Positions 37,344 to 50,154 of a stretch of DNA of 64,000 nt are shown one piece after another. The translations under genes were made by a program, and so were the position numbers. Each line of letters starts with the position of its first letter. Positions within the stretch are counted from its first letter, which is position 1. Below the pieces are notes generated by a model. That model had not been told where the DNA came from, made no database searches, and worked only from the letters and a program-made list of their open reading frames with translations. The DNA comes from Patellaria atrata CBS 101060 (taxonomy: Eukaryota). Where the stretch lies: contig MU006094.1 in assembly GCA_010093705.1 (NCBI GenBank), forward strand, positions 533,550 through 597,549, given 5' to 3'.

Positions 37344-38127
37344 CTATAACATAAGACGCATGGAAGCCGAATGGAGGATGATATGTCGCGCAGAATGGTA
37401 GTCGAATCGGCTTTTGCTTAAGGTACAATCGTGGTAGAGTGCGACTGGTAGGTTTGCCTGGCAGGGGCGGGCCCTTTAAAAGGCGTTGGTATCTCTGAGC
37501 CTTATGGAGATGGGAATGGTAGGCTAGAGAAGTGTTTTAAAATACGACAAGGCGACTTGATTTAGAAGATTTTGATGATGGTTTCCGGTCAGTGACGAAA
37601 GCTGTAGATATTTTTGATGCGAATGTTTTATTGCGAAGCTGTTGAGTTGGTCTGATGAAGCTATAGACTACAGTACACAAATCCGAACCGAATGTACGTC
37701 ACCGTTCTACGGGCTAGCCTTCAGCCATCATCATTGTTTCCCCCACCCCAAGACAGTACAGTACGGAGTACAGTTAACGTTACAGTATGAGAGTAAAGGT
37801 AGATAGATAAGGTATCACATGCTACAGAAAACGTACCGTACATGATTCTATAATGCCACCTATAGTACCTTTACCTACAGAACGGTGAGTATTACTACTG
37901 TACTGCACAGTAATTATGCACAAGTAGCTCCCGCTGTCGTTACGTCGATCTTTTGTTGAAATCTTGGTTTAACGGTGCGCCAATTCGTGCACACATGGAG
38001 AGAACTTTGTACCTTTAACATGCAACTACTGTATAAAAGGTATGGTACAGACATGTCGACAGGTACTGGCCAACTGCAGCTACAAGTATCTGCACTGTAC
38101 AGTACACGAACTTATCATCTCCTGTAC

Positions 38128-38251
38128 CAAGTATCAAGTATCAAGTATCAAGTTATCAAGTATCAAGTTATCAAGTATCAAGTTATCAAGTATCAAGTTA
38201 TCCAATTATCAAGTTATCAAGTATCAAGTTATCAAGTATCAAGTATCAAGT
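38128..38251. repeat. Minisatellite of mixed 7-bp (CAAGTAT) and 8-bp (CAAGTTAT) units
   Basis: Directly visible tandem array of about 124 bp. Confidence 0.95.
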
Positions 38252-40075
38252 CTCCCCGACCTCGCCCCGTTTCCTAGGACATGCCGCCTGGAAGGACGGG
38301 AGGATGACGCTGCTGACAACGAATATTCTTCTGCCTTGCTCCTTGACCCTCTTAACCACCAATAATGAACGCCTTGGTAATTTATTGGTTCAAACAATGA
38401 TGGCGAGCGTGTGCAAAACGAGCCGCATCTTCAGACCTTGGCTTAGATGTCGTTCATCAAATCTGCTTGGAAGCTGGGAGACCAGATCAGTGATGAGGTG
38501 ATTATGCCGGCCCAGCTCTCTCCAAGGGCATCAGCAGGTCCTTGAAGAGCTGAGAATCACATCCGACACGAATTGGAGGTCCACCGTACACGCAATACAA
38601 TATCCTCTTTATTCGAACCGGTTTGCCGGCTGCCGTGAATATCTTGGACTTAATATTGCAACCGTTATCACCATCTCTGTAAGGTAGGCCGTACAGCGCC
38701 GTCATTTCTAGCCCTAAAAGCGCTTGTAGAAGCATGCTAAGGAATATGAACTCAAGAGTCAGGAGATGCGGCAAACCGTGCCATGAAACTTGAAACGAGA
38801 TCGACCATCGAACACACGTCTTGGGGTCGTGTTGGAAGGGTCCAAGGGGTCTCAAAGGGGTCCATGAGCAAAGCCTGGGAGTTTTCTGTGAGTTTGTATT
38901 TGTCCCTATGGCTCTAGACGGATTTGCAGGTGTGACAGCCTTATAGAGCCGTCGGTGCGATCAAGTCCATGTTCAGATGGCGGGCGGTTATGCTGGTGAT
39001 AAAGTGGAAAAGCGCAATAATCAAGACGTCAATGCTGTAAAATGAAATGAGTGACGCCGCATATGATTTCTATGGACAGATAAGCTTCGGTGCCTTTTCA
39101 TCACTCTCCGTTGGACGACTGCAAACTTATGCACAAAAATCTGCACATGGTTGGTGTAAACACAGGTTTACGAGGGCTGAAATACTGTTGGTGCTTTGAT
39201 ATTGATTTGAGATGTTGGTGCATTGAGGCAACACCACAACATCGATCATGTCATTATTGATAAATCTCAACGTGAGCATCTCAAAAAGAGACCCAAGGGG
39301 GGGAAAGATGCAGCAAAGTAAACGGGCGGCGAAGGCGGATGCTTGATTGGTGCACGCAAACTTCCAAAACATTAGTTCGGTTTCAGCGATCCGGCTTAAG
39401 ACTTGAGCACCATGAACTCCACGTCTTTGCCTCTTGTCTCACCGCACTCTTTTGTCCTTTTGACACTTTTGCCCTTTACCCTTCCTATCTGCTGCCCCCA
39501 CCGACGACGAGGCACGAGTTGTCTTCGATCATACTGATAACAGAGGTACACACCTCGTCTTCCTACCCATCTCACTGCTCGGATGACTTCCTCAGGAGCT
39601 TCAGAAGAAGAACAATAAGCGCGCTTATCGTGAGCACCATAACGTAGGTTCCATTTTCTTTATTGGGCACTTCGCAAATCGACTCAAAATAGTCTTTCAA
39701 AGAAAAGGATTAACCATCTCTTTCACCAGGTCAGACTATCTTCTTCCTCACACAAAGACTTCTTACACCAGAACTTCTCCCCTCCGTACGGTCTTGAACC
39801 TCACAGCGACGTGTTTGACACACAATTTCAAATTCGACGATACCTCACGACGCATCCCACACAATCTGGACGTCTTGGTCCTTCGGTGTTCCTATACTCA
39901 CTACAAAATCTACTACCAGGGCCGTACGAACTTCGAAAATACATCTCAAGTTTCTACATTATGTCCCGTTGACGACCTGGTGGACAGCCACGATCTCCCA
40001 CTTTTCCTACGCTCGAAAAAAAATCTCTTGTCACGATTCAACTTCATCCTATAACTCTCTCTCCTCATAATCAAC

Positions 40076-43060
40076 ATGGCAATGCTGGCATCGAAGTCGC
40101 CCTATCCTACCTCCTTCGGAGGTAGCTCCGGTCAATCTTCGACACAGTACTCTTCAAACCACTCAAATTACAGAACGCAGACAGCAATGGCCCCTCCGAG
40201 TAGCCATGGTTATTACACAAGCCCAACGGAGTCTGAGTTTTCGGAAACCTACGATGCTCCTGATTCTGTGAGGTACGTGAAGTCCCGATCTCATCTTTAT
40301 CTACTTGATATTAACAAGTGCTCAGAAATTGGGATGAGACTCGCGTTGGGGAATGGCTTAGAAGCATCAACTGCTCGCAATACGTTGAGCTTTTTAGAAG
40401 AAATAATATCAACGGTGAAAACCTTATGGAGTTGGATCAAAATAACCTAAAAGATATGGGCATCAAGAAAATCGGAGATCGAGTTCGGATCGGATCTCAA
40501 GCAAAAGTTTTTCGCAACAAAGAGTACAAAAAGGCTTCAAAACGAGTGACGAACAGGGTAAGGCTCCTTGGCAGTATCATTCCATTCACCCCCTTGCTAA
40601 CTTTCAAAGGAATCACTCGCCCTGCTGGACAATCCGATCCTCACTCCTCCATCTTCCGCCTCTCCACGACCTCTTCAGGCTAATCGGGCGGGGCTGAATT
40701 CGCGGTCTGAAAAGCGCATGTCACGACAGATTACAGGATCTGAGCTGAATTACGCATCAGCTCTTCCACTTGCTAAAGCTCCTTCTCGTCCAAGTTCGCC
40801 ACTAGTAGAACAGGAAGCCCGACCTCAAAGGGTCCAACCTCGATACGGTGGTTTGAGTCCAAAAGATCCGAATAGGAAGGAGCAAGCTTCGTATTTCAAC
40901 AACCCGATGAGTGCAAGTACTGCTACTGGACGTGCCCCAGGAACACCAGCCGAGACACCCATGACAGCCAGATTCGCTCAAGGAAGGTTAGTAAATACGG
41001 CAGAGACCCCTCAAACAGCACGCTTCGCAAGTCACGTCAGAGCAAGTCCAAGTATGGACAGTTCCGTTACGAACAGTAGTGTTCTCCCAGCGGATAAAGC
41101 ATTAATCCGAGTTATCTTTGACAATGGACGTTCATCCGTCGTGAGTATTGAAGGATGCAGAACTGCAGAGGACATTATCTACAAGACCCTCAAGAAGGGA
41201 AGTCTCAATGAGGCACATGTCAAGAACTACTGTTTCTATGTCCTTGACGGCACAGAACCGAACCCTGCCATGTGTCGCCGCCTTAGCGACAGTGAACTGG
41301 TCAGAGTTTGCATGGATCGTATGAGGCTTGAGCGGAACAAACTTATCCTTCGAATGATCCATAGGGGCGAGCCGCAGGACGATCAGCTTCGAGCCGCAGC
41401 TAACATTGCTTCTCAACAATTACAACAGAATATGATCCTCCCGAGCAACAATCGTAGTCAAATGAAGATCGAGAAGATAACTGGAGAGTCCTTAGCCGCC
41501 GTCAGCTACCCACTTTCGCCAACCTCCGCTCGTGAGCGAGAACGACACATCAACTCTACTGCTGAAAGCCTTGAACGAGCCCCTAGTTCAAGTTCTACGG
41601 CATCTCGCGCTAGAAAGATGAAAGAGTTCTATGGTGCGAGACCACCGAGCGAGTTGATCACCTCTGATCTCACCTCGTATTTCCCGGACGTCGAAAAGGA
41701 AGAGATGGAAAAGACGCTCCGAATGTCAGTTCGCAGATCTCAGAGGTTGAGTAGGGCAGCTAGCCGTCTTAGCATGGCTAGCAATTTCAGTTACACTTCG
41801 CTCAAGGATGCTCCTCCTCTACCCACTATTGCAGATACATGGCTGAACGGAGGACAGCAAAAATCGTTGAGACCACTTTCTGTCATGAGGCTTGGATTAC
41901 CTCAACATAACAGTTACCGCGACTCCATAGCATCAACAGTCCTTGAGCCTTTGGAAGAAGAGTCACCGATAGAACCAAATCGCAAGTCGTATGTGTCTTT
42001 TAGCGGTAATGATAGTGAATCGGAGTCCAATACCCTCTCGATCACCGATCCCGATGGCAACACTACAATGGGAAGCTACTTCGATGATGCAGCAAGCAGC
42101 CTCAGCAACACTGAAAATGGTAATTCTTGGAATAAACGGCTTAGCCATGCCATTGTCGATGACGGTGAGGAAGACGATGAAGAGCTCGTCGAGTACCTCG
42201 AACAGGATTCTTGGGAGAACGTCAAGTACATGAAGGGTGCCATGATTGGACAAGGTTCCTTCGGCAGCGTTTATCTTGCACTTCACTCAGTCACCGGTGA
42301 ACTCATGGCTGTCAAGCAGGTTGAGATGCCTGCCGGAACAAGGTCTCAAATCGATGCTAAGAAGAATAATATGCTGGAGGCCTTGAAACATGAGATTGGA
42401 CTACTTCGCGATCTCAAACATCCGAACATTGTGCAATACTTGGGCTCTAATTCCGACGAGACGCACTTGAACATTTTCCTGGAGTACGTTGCTGGTGGGT
42501 CAGTTGCTACCATGCTTGTCAACTATGGTCCTCTTGGTGAGGGGTTGATCTCCAATTTCGTCCGTCAAATTCTTACCGGACTTGCTTATCTCCATAGCAA
42601 GGACATCATTCACCGAGACATCAAGGGTGCAAACATCCTCGTTGACAACAAGGGTATGGTCAAGATATCTGATTTCGGTATCAGCAAACGTGTTGAGGCA
42701 TCTACACTTCTCACATCTGGACCTGGCAAGAAGGGCGGACCACGTGTATCGCTCCAAGGCTCTGTATTTTGGATGGCGCCCGAAGTCGTTAAGCAAACCG
42801 CCTATACTCGTAAGGCTGATATATGGTCTCTGGGTTGTTTGATCGTCGAAATGTTCACTGGAAGTCATCCTCACCCTAATTGTACCCAGCTACAAGCGAT
42901 CTTCAAGATCGGAGGCAGTGCGGATGCTTCACCCACTATCCCCGACAATGCGTCTGATGACGCCAAAGCATTCTTAAAGCGGACGTTCGAAAACGATCAT
43001 GAGAAACGTCCAACTGCAGACGAGCTATTGCTCAGCCCATTCTGTAACCCCAAAGCTTGA
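40076..43060 (+). CDS. STE11: MAP kinase kinase kinase Ste11/SteC (SAM, Ras-association and kinase domains), introns 40273-40325 and 40558-40609
   Basis: SAM 'WDETRVGEWLRSINC...GIKKIGDRVRI', RA-like 'IRVIFDNG', and kinase motifs GQGSFG, AVKQVE, HRDIKGAN, DFG and GSVFWMAPE. Confidence 0.95.
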
Positions 43061-44474
43061 TCTACTACTTTTAGAAGAGCCCTAGATGGGCGAAAATCAT
43101 ATGTTTGACGACCTTTCTCCGGACAGTTTAGGATGCATGGTTGGTTTGCTATTAGCGGGAATCGGAATGGATTTTGGGATTTCTCTTCGATCAATGTCTA
43201 ACTTGGTAATGAATTCGGTTGAGGTGGTTCATTGGGGATAGTTCGCTAAAGTGTTGATACAAATGGCTGGAAATTTTCGTCCTATCCTGTGATCCCCTGA
43301 GCGGGCTCGACTTTAGTAGGGGTTAACAACTTGCAAGCTATAACGCAGGTAACAACGGGGGCTGAACACAAGTTTCTAAGAATCTTCAAAAAGACATTTT
43401 CCGCCTATTCGTGAACCTCTCATGACTCAAAATATCCCCCCTCCCTTTCTACGAACAACAATCTCAGCCTCGACGATAAGACGAGCCCCGTTCAAAGGTC
43501 GACTAAGACATGAAAACAAAGGCGATTTGCAAGCCCAGCACTTCACACAAATAGCCCTCAGATCAGAATAGGACTATATCGTTGAGCTTCAGTCCGTCTA
43601 GCTGTACCAATGCTCCTTGCTTGTTCATCACAGTATTTCGCCATACGTCCAGCCGACCTCACTTTGATATAGGATAGTTTTATAACATGATGCGCGTGCG
43701 GTACAGTCGTAGATACCATTGCTCCGTTTATACCTTCGGGCCCTCTCCTCACCGTTAAACTTTTTCCACTTTCAAACACGACGGATGCAACAGCGTAACG
43801 ACCTACGGTCTATGCAGACTTTACCTTAACGGTGGATCTTCAACTACCCGGAAATACGGCCTGTGAGCCATCTTGCCTGGAAGACAACCATGCTTGTAAC
43901 CCTGATCTAGTCGATAAAAATGACGAACAGAATGAGTCTGGCAAAGAGAAACTAAGCCTTGAATGATCAGTATAATTTTTGAAAATTGTTCTTGACTCTA
44001 ATTAAAGGTTGTAAGAGAATAATTCTTAAGGACAAATAGAGGTAAACTTAGTTATATCAAAAGCTACTGTAAGATAAAATAGTCTGATAAAGCGTCAAGG
44101 CAAGGTTTCTGTAAACCAACCTGAGGATCATATGCTTCATGAGCCGCATTCGAGACGGGACTATATCCATTCTATCATATAATTCCTATCGTTACTGAGG
44201 AACGAATGATACTATGGTATCCTAGGGGGGGGAAGGATTATGTTATAAACGCTACACTGATTGATACCTTACTAAAGATTGTTATCTATAGCTATCCCAA
44301 ACTTGCCGCTATCCCACGGCCCCTCCCGACTCACAAGACCATGCCAATGCAACTCCACCTCACGCTCACGTCTTTCTTGCGAAAGCATGTCCTCATACAT
44401 GCCCGTGATATGTCGCTATTTCCAGCGGCTTGTTCTTCGCTATCATCCTATCTAAGAGTTCGCTGAAAGCTACA

Positions 44475-46097
44475 ATGGCGTGTTCGAGCTCTATGTCCAT
44501 ACGGTTGCTCCGTTCAAGCTCCCACCACCAATGTTACCGTCCCCGGTATCAAGCTTTCTCCACTACGACTCGATGGCGGTGGCACACCAGCGAGCTTGAT
44601 GGAGAGAAGATGAAGAGCTTGAAGGTGCATCGGGATAGGTTGATGAAGGATATACATCATACTGCACAATGGGGTACTGGGGAGCGGTGGGGAAAGTAAG
44701 TGCTTCATGTAACATGTGATTGAATGCCTTTTATGGATATCAGCATGGTCTATCTCTTGTAGTCTCTTTGAAGACTCATAACATAAAGCTAATTTCGTGT
44801 ATAGAGCTTCCGCGGAAACAGGAATGTCTCGCCTGGCACTCTCCGATGCAGATAAATCCGCCCGTGACTGGTTTGTTAAGACGACGGAAGAGCTTGGGTG
44901 CAAGACTACCGTTGATGCTATGGGAAATATATTTGCTGTTCGTCCGGGACAGAAAGACGGTCCTCCTATTTACGCTGGCTCGCATCTTGACACCCAGCCT
45001 ACGGGAGGAAGGTATGATGGGGTATTGGGAGTCACGGCCGCTATTGAGATGTTGAGAGTTCTGAATGATAACTGGGTTGAGACTGAATATCCTGTTGGAG
45101 TTGTGAACTGGACCAAGTACGTGACCTGTTGATTTTCGAAAGTTTACTACAGGAAATCTTATCCACTATCAGCGAAGAAGGCGCCCGATTTCCCATCTCC
45201 ATGGTCTCCTCCGGTGTTTGGTCTGGGTCCATCCCTCTGGATCACGCCCACAATCTTAAAGAGGTCGGTAGCGGAACGGCGACGATGAAGAGCGAGCTTG
45301 AACGCATCGGCTATCTCGGCTCGACACCTGCCTCGCACGAAGCGATTCCCATGGCCGCCCACTTCGAACTCCACATCGAACAAGGTCCGATCCTAGAATC
45401 CGAACGCCACAAAATTGGCATTGTGCAAGGCGTACAAGCATACCGCTGGTTCACCATCCACGTCAAAGGGCAGGACTGCCATACCGGCACCACTCCCTTT
45501 AACGTGCGCTCAGATGCACTGCTCACGGCCGCGAAGATGATCCTGCAAAGCCATCGTGCCGCTACTAAACACGGCGCGTTGGCTTCAACGGGTATCCTGA
45601 CACTGAAACCAGGGAGCACGAATACAGTACCCGGAGACGTGAAGTTCAGCCTCGATATCCGAGCCGCCGCGGATAAGACCCTAGACGCCTTAGAGCAGGA
45701 TCTAAGAGACGACTTCGCGCTCATCGCTTCCGCCTCCGACGTCGCTGGTCTCAATACCCACGGCACACCCGGTTTGCCATGCACGGTCTCCTGGTCCACC
45801 GACTCCATCTCGTCAGCCACCACTTTTCACTCCGACTGTATCTCGTGCGTTGAGGCCGCCGCGAAGGTTATCTTTGGGGACGAGACTGAGAAGCTGACGA
45901 AAACTATGACGAGTGGTGCCGGTCATGATAGTGTTTATACGAGTAAGGTGTGTCCGACGAGCATGATTTTCGTGCCGTCGAAGGGCGGTGTGAGCCATAA
46001 TCCGAGAGAATTTACGAGCGAGGAGGATTGTACGTTGGGCGCGCAGGTGCTTGTGGGGAGTGTGGTGGAGTGTGATCGGAGGAGGGTTAGGGGATAG
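44475..46097 (+). CDS. Beta-alanine synthase / N-carbamoyl-L-amino-acid amidohydrolase (peptidase M20), introns 44696-44804 and 45117-45172
   Basis: GSHLDTQPTGGRYDG, NEEGARF, ELHIEQGP, HTGTTP, SGAGHDS and GVSHNP. The N-terminus resembles a mitochondrial presequence. Confidence 0.92.
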
Positions 46098-46556
46098 TGC
46101 TGGGATGTGTATGTGCGTGGGTAGTGGTACGGTCGGGATGACGAAGCAAAAAAGCTTTTTATGGAATAGGCGTTTAGGATGGGATTGGATAGGATGGGGT
46201 GGATATGATACGATGAGGGCATGAATGAGTATAAGGTATAGTCCGCGTGCATGTTTCTATACTGTAACTACCGAGATCGAACTCTAGTTGGTATATTACA
46301 TCCTACTCCCGATCAATTAGAACCGATCCGTTGCCGTACTGTACTGTACTGTACATGCACTAACTGCATAACACACACGCTTCCTTTCCGCCAAATCCCC
46401 TTCCCGGCGGAGCACCCCGCCCATACCGGCCGGAAGGTCTACTCAGTCGTCGATACAGTCGCCACGTCATGGCGCTTCCCAGACTTCCGCACGACCGTAC
46501 TACGTTCACCCAACTCGCCATCCACGCGTCCCATCCTGTACGATAACGAGAACCAG

Positions 46557-48164
46557 CTACCCACACCACAGCCACCCAACCCTCCCCCTAACACCCTTCC
46601 CCTTCCCCCTCGCCATCTCCCCCTCCCTTCCTCGCATCCCCGATCCGTCTTTTTCCCCCTCCGGTATCGCGGGCAAGGCCGTCTCTACCTCGTCACACTC
46701 ACCGGTCTCGTGCTCCCGTTCCCGCGACTGAGATTGTGGAAACGACTCACCCGGGCCCATCTGCCTCCTAGCAATGACATGAGGGCTGGGGTTCGTATCG
46801 GAAGGGAGACGATAGGGCGATGGGTTGTAGCGGGGTATAGGAATCGGACGAGCTCGTGAAGATTGCGGCTGCGTTGGGGAGAGGACGGTCGGGGAGAAGA
46901 AAGTATGAGCGCCGGTGGTCGTTGGGGGGGAGGAGAGCGAGGTGGATTTGCGGTGGAGGTGGGCGCGGTGGCGGGGGGTGAAGGGGGGTCGCGGGGGGTG
47001 CGTTGTGGAGGGTGCGTTGGGTGCTGGTGCTGGTGAAAGGGGAGCGGCGGGTGCTGAGATGGCTGCGATTGAGGGGTCTGCGGGGGTGAGGGTGGGGGTT
47101 GCTGCCGCCGTCGCTGTTGATGGTTTGGGTGGGTTGGATGAGGGCGTGGATGCTCGTCGGGTTCTTAGTGGTGCTGCTTCTCCTCGTTGTAGGGTCTTGG
47201 GGTGGAAACTTGACGGGCGGGATTGAGATCGCGCGGATCGGTGCTGAGATTGCGGGTTTGAGATTGGTGTGACATCGTCGAGAGCTGTCTCATTGGTGTG
47301 GCTTTGTTGGGTGTTGGAGACGGTGGATTCTCGTTGTTTATGGTCTTTTACTTCGGTGATCGTATCGATGGGACTTCCTAAAGGGCTGATCGGTTGTGAG
47401 ACCCTTTCTTTCGGACTGACAAGACCTGGTTTCGGTGTCCTGGTACCTTTCTCCCTTTGCATCAGATCGGAGGGTTTCGGTTTCAATTTTAGACTTCTCC
47501 GCGGTTGCAACCGTGCCGATAGAGACTCTGCTATCCTTCCCGACGCGTTCGTTTTGCTTCCGGCATGACCGTTCCTTTGCATGTTACGGTCTTGAATGCT
47601 AGAGATCTTGAAGCCCTCTTCGTGAACATCCTGCTGAGCCCAATCAGGTCGATCAAGTGATGTCCTAGGTTCTGGAGGCAATAGATTATCAGCATCGAAA
47701 TCTCCCGTTACCGGGTCTTCTGGGATATCATCCTGAACAGTACTCCATGGCCTGCGGATATCAAAGATGTCATCAATATCATGGCCGAGATTCCGATGGG
47801 AGGGTATTGAATCTAATAGATTTCTCTCCGTCGGTCGTGCTCTCGCCTCCAGTTGTTCTTTGGATGGATGTGCTCTGCGCAACTCCAATATGTGAGCTAG
47901 AGACTTGGATTTCCTCGGTCTATCCTTGTCCTTGGGCTTCCGCGCAAGAGTAGGAGAGGGTGGAAGATAACTCGCGTAAGCTGGATTAACGGGACTATGA
48001 AGCCGAGATTGGGACGCGCCGACGCTATTGCGTTCTCCTCCCTGCGGTGATTGCGTGTAGTGAGCATTTCCCTGGTTATGGAAGCTCACGCTCCTATGGA
48101 GGAGATGGGCCAGTTCGCCGGGAGGTTCGGCCCGAGGAGCGGCATTGCGACTGTTGGACGCCAC
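46557..48164 (-). CDS. Hypothetical low-complexity Pro/Ser/Arg-rich protein
   Basis: Uninterrupted 535-aa ATG-initiated ORF with no recognisable domain. Confidence 0.6.
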   Translation of the reverse strand: MASNSRNAAPRAEPPGELAHLLHRSVSFHNQGNAHYTQSPQGGERNSVGASQSRLHSPVNPAYASYLPPSPTLARKPKDKDRPRKSKSLAHILELRRAHPSKEQLEARARPTERNLLDSIPSHRNLGHDIDDIFDIRRPWSTVQDDIPEDPVTGDFDADNLLPPEPRTSLDRPDWAQQDVHEEGFKISSIQDRNMQRNGHAGSKTNASGRIAESLSARLQPRRSLKLKPKPSDLMQREKGTRTPKPGLVSPKERVSQPISPLGSPIDTITEVKDHKQRESTVSNTQQSHTNETALDDVTPISNPQSQHRSARSQSRPSSFHPKTLQRGEAAPLRTRRASTPSSNPPKPSTATAAATPTLTPADPSIAAISAPAAPLSPAPAPNAPSTTHPPRPPFTPRHRAHLHRKSTSLSSPPTTTGAHTFFSPTVLSPTQPQSSRARPIPIPRYNPSPYRLPSDTNPSPHVIARRQMGPGESFPQSQSREREHETGECDEVETALPAIPEGEKDGSGMRGREGEMARGKGKGVRGRVGWLWCG

Positions 48165-49615
48165 GATGTCGATTCTTCTTTGATAGTAGGATTCCTTTAG
48201 GATATGAAGCTCGAGTCGTTGTACTAAGAGAAGCGGATCGAATGGACGGTTAAATGAGGATGGCGATTGGTTATCGAAGCTTTCAGATCTGCTTCGAGAA
48301 TGTTGTACTTTGCGGAAAGCTGCATGCTATATGAAGAACAAGTATAAGTACTTGCGCTCGACCCTCATGTATTCGTCATTGTACGCTTCCCGTGTTACTT
48401 TAAGGTGTTGTACAGTTGAGTGAAGGGAAGATGTCATGTCATATTGCACATAGGGGTCAAAGCTTGACATATCCGTACCTGGAGATTTGCACAGGGAACT
48501 TTTACCTTTCCCTTGACCATTTTCGCCCTTGACCTTAATTTCACTACATCGACCTTTCGATAACATTAATCTTCACAGATACATACGGCAAAAGGTTGAA
48601 GGGAGGTTCTATTTGACTATATAGGAACAATAATTCCCCTCATTCTTCACTGACTCGTATGCATTCCTACGGTTTCACCCAAGAATGGGACCCAACTCTC
48701 CACGTTCAGCTCGCGTTTTCCGGCCTTGGACAAGCAAGACAACGCTTGCACCTCTTGTGTTCGTTTCAGAACGCCTGTTTGAGATGATTATGCATCATGA
48801 GCTGTTAGCTGAGTGCTAAAAGAATAGTTTCTTAGTATATCTCCTATTTGGACTAGACCGATAAATAACTGCATACCGCTATTTACGCCTGGCAAGGCCC
48901 GGGTAGTCCATATTTCATTCTTCAAACTTAGATTCAAGCTTTGTTTTAGCTTCATCGGAAGGCTGGGCTAAGCTTTGTACTAGTTACGGCAATATCAACA
49001 TCGTGTACTTTCTATCAATTTCATGAGGTTTTCGAAATTTCTTAAAGCCCGTGGGTTCTGTTCAGTTCATCCCTGATCTAATGTGAATCTCGTTGTCTGT
49101 TATCGGCGCTGTAAACAAAGCCCTCACTTTTCTACTTTGTATGATTTCAAAGTAAACACGCATTATTTGACCAGTTTCTCAATCTTAGTCTAGAATTGTA
49201 TTTAATACTATCCTATACGATAGCCTTTCGAACTGATTTCTTACTCCTATTCCCCACAAAGATGATACATTTTCACGTTATGGTTCTGTCCCAGTTGGAG
49301 CTGAATGTGTATTTACAATAAACAATGCATTTGAGCACCATGTGCTTTCAATTTACTGAGTACTTCACTCAGTCTGTCGGTACACCTATTCAATTTCGGG
49401 ATAATATGCTCATATCTCCATGATAGCAATATCATGTCCAGTCAAGAGCGCTGTATCATCTCTTTCAGACCTCTTGTCTCTTAACCCAGTACTCATAACC
49501 GTATAACTTGAGTTACAGAGATGAATCAAGGGAAAATAAAAATAGATACTCCAATTAAGAGTAGTCGCCAGGACTTTAATTCAAAAAAAAATCGACAAAG
49601 AAAGAGCAAAAGAAT

Positions 49616-49643
49616 ACTCTCATCCTCAGTGGAGGATGAGAGT
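49616..49643. repeat. Perfect 12-bp inverted repeat with a 4-nt loop
   Basis: ACTCTCATCCTC-agtg-GAGGATGAGAGT. Confidence 0.9.
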
Positions 49644-50154
49644 CAAGAAACCCATAATGGATCTACTTAACCGTTGCGGCGCAGCTGGGACTCGTCACTT
49701 CGAATTGGTTATAAACTAGGTGCTCCGGTTTCGAATAAGGAACGCACGTGTTATGGGGCTAGTATTTTGTGATGTGTCAATACAGGTGTTCAACAGTACG
49801 TCGCTGTCCTTAACTAGGCTCCCCTATTATACGTTCTTCTCATACAACCCCTTTAATGTACTCTAGTGAATTAGTCACTCTACATGGAATGTATACTTGT
49901 TTTCAAACAGTCCTCAGATCTTCATCTATCTCGTTCACTATTCAGACTTCAAGATGCCAGCACGTTTAGTTCTACTCCGCACGCTCCACAGTCTTTTACT
50001 TCTTACACCTGGCACCTCTCAATACAGAGAGAATCTTCAAGCCTTGGACGACCTTTTGAAAACTTTTGAGGCTGACCCTCGACACATTAATTACCTTCAA
50101 ACTAAAGACATACCTTCAACAAACACTCCCACAAATCATACGAAGGAAAGAAAC

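Noticed and set aside
38128..38251. CRISPR-like array
   Set aside because: Units are 7-8 bp with no unique spacers, the context is eukaryotic, and there are no cas genes.
37975..38365. ORFs with YQVIK or SSIKL peptide repeats
   Set aside because: These are translations of the minisatellite, with no other coding evidence.
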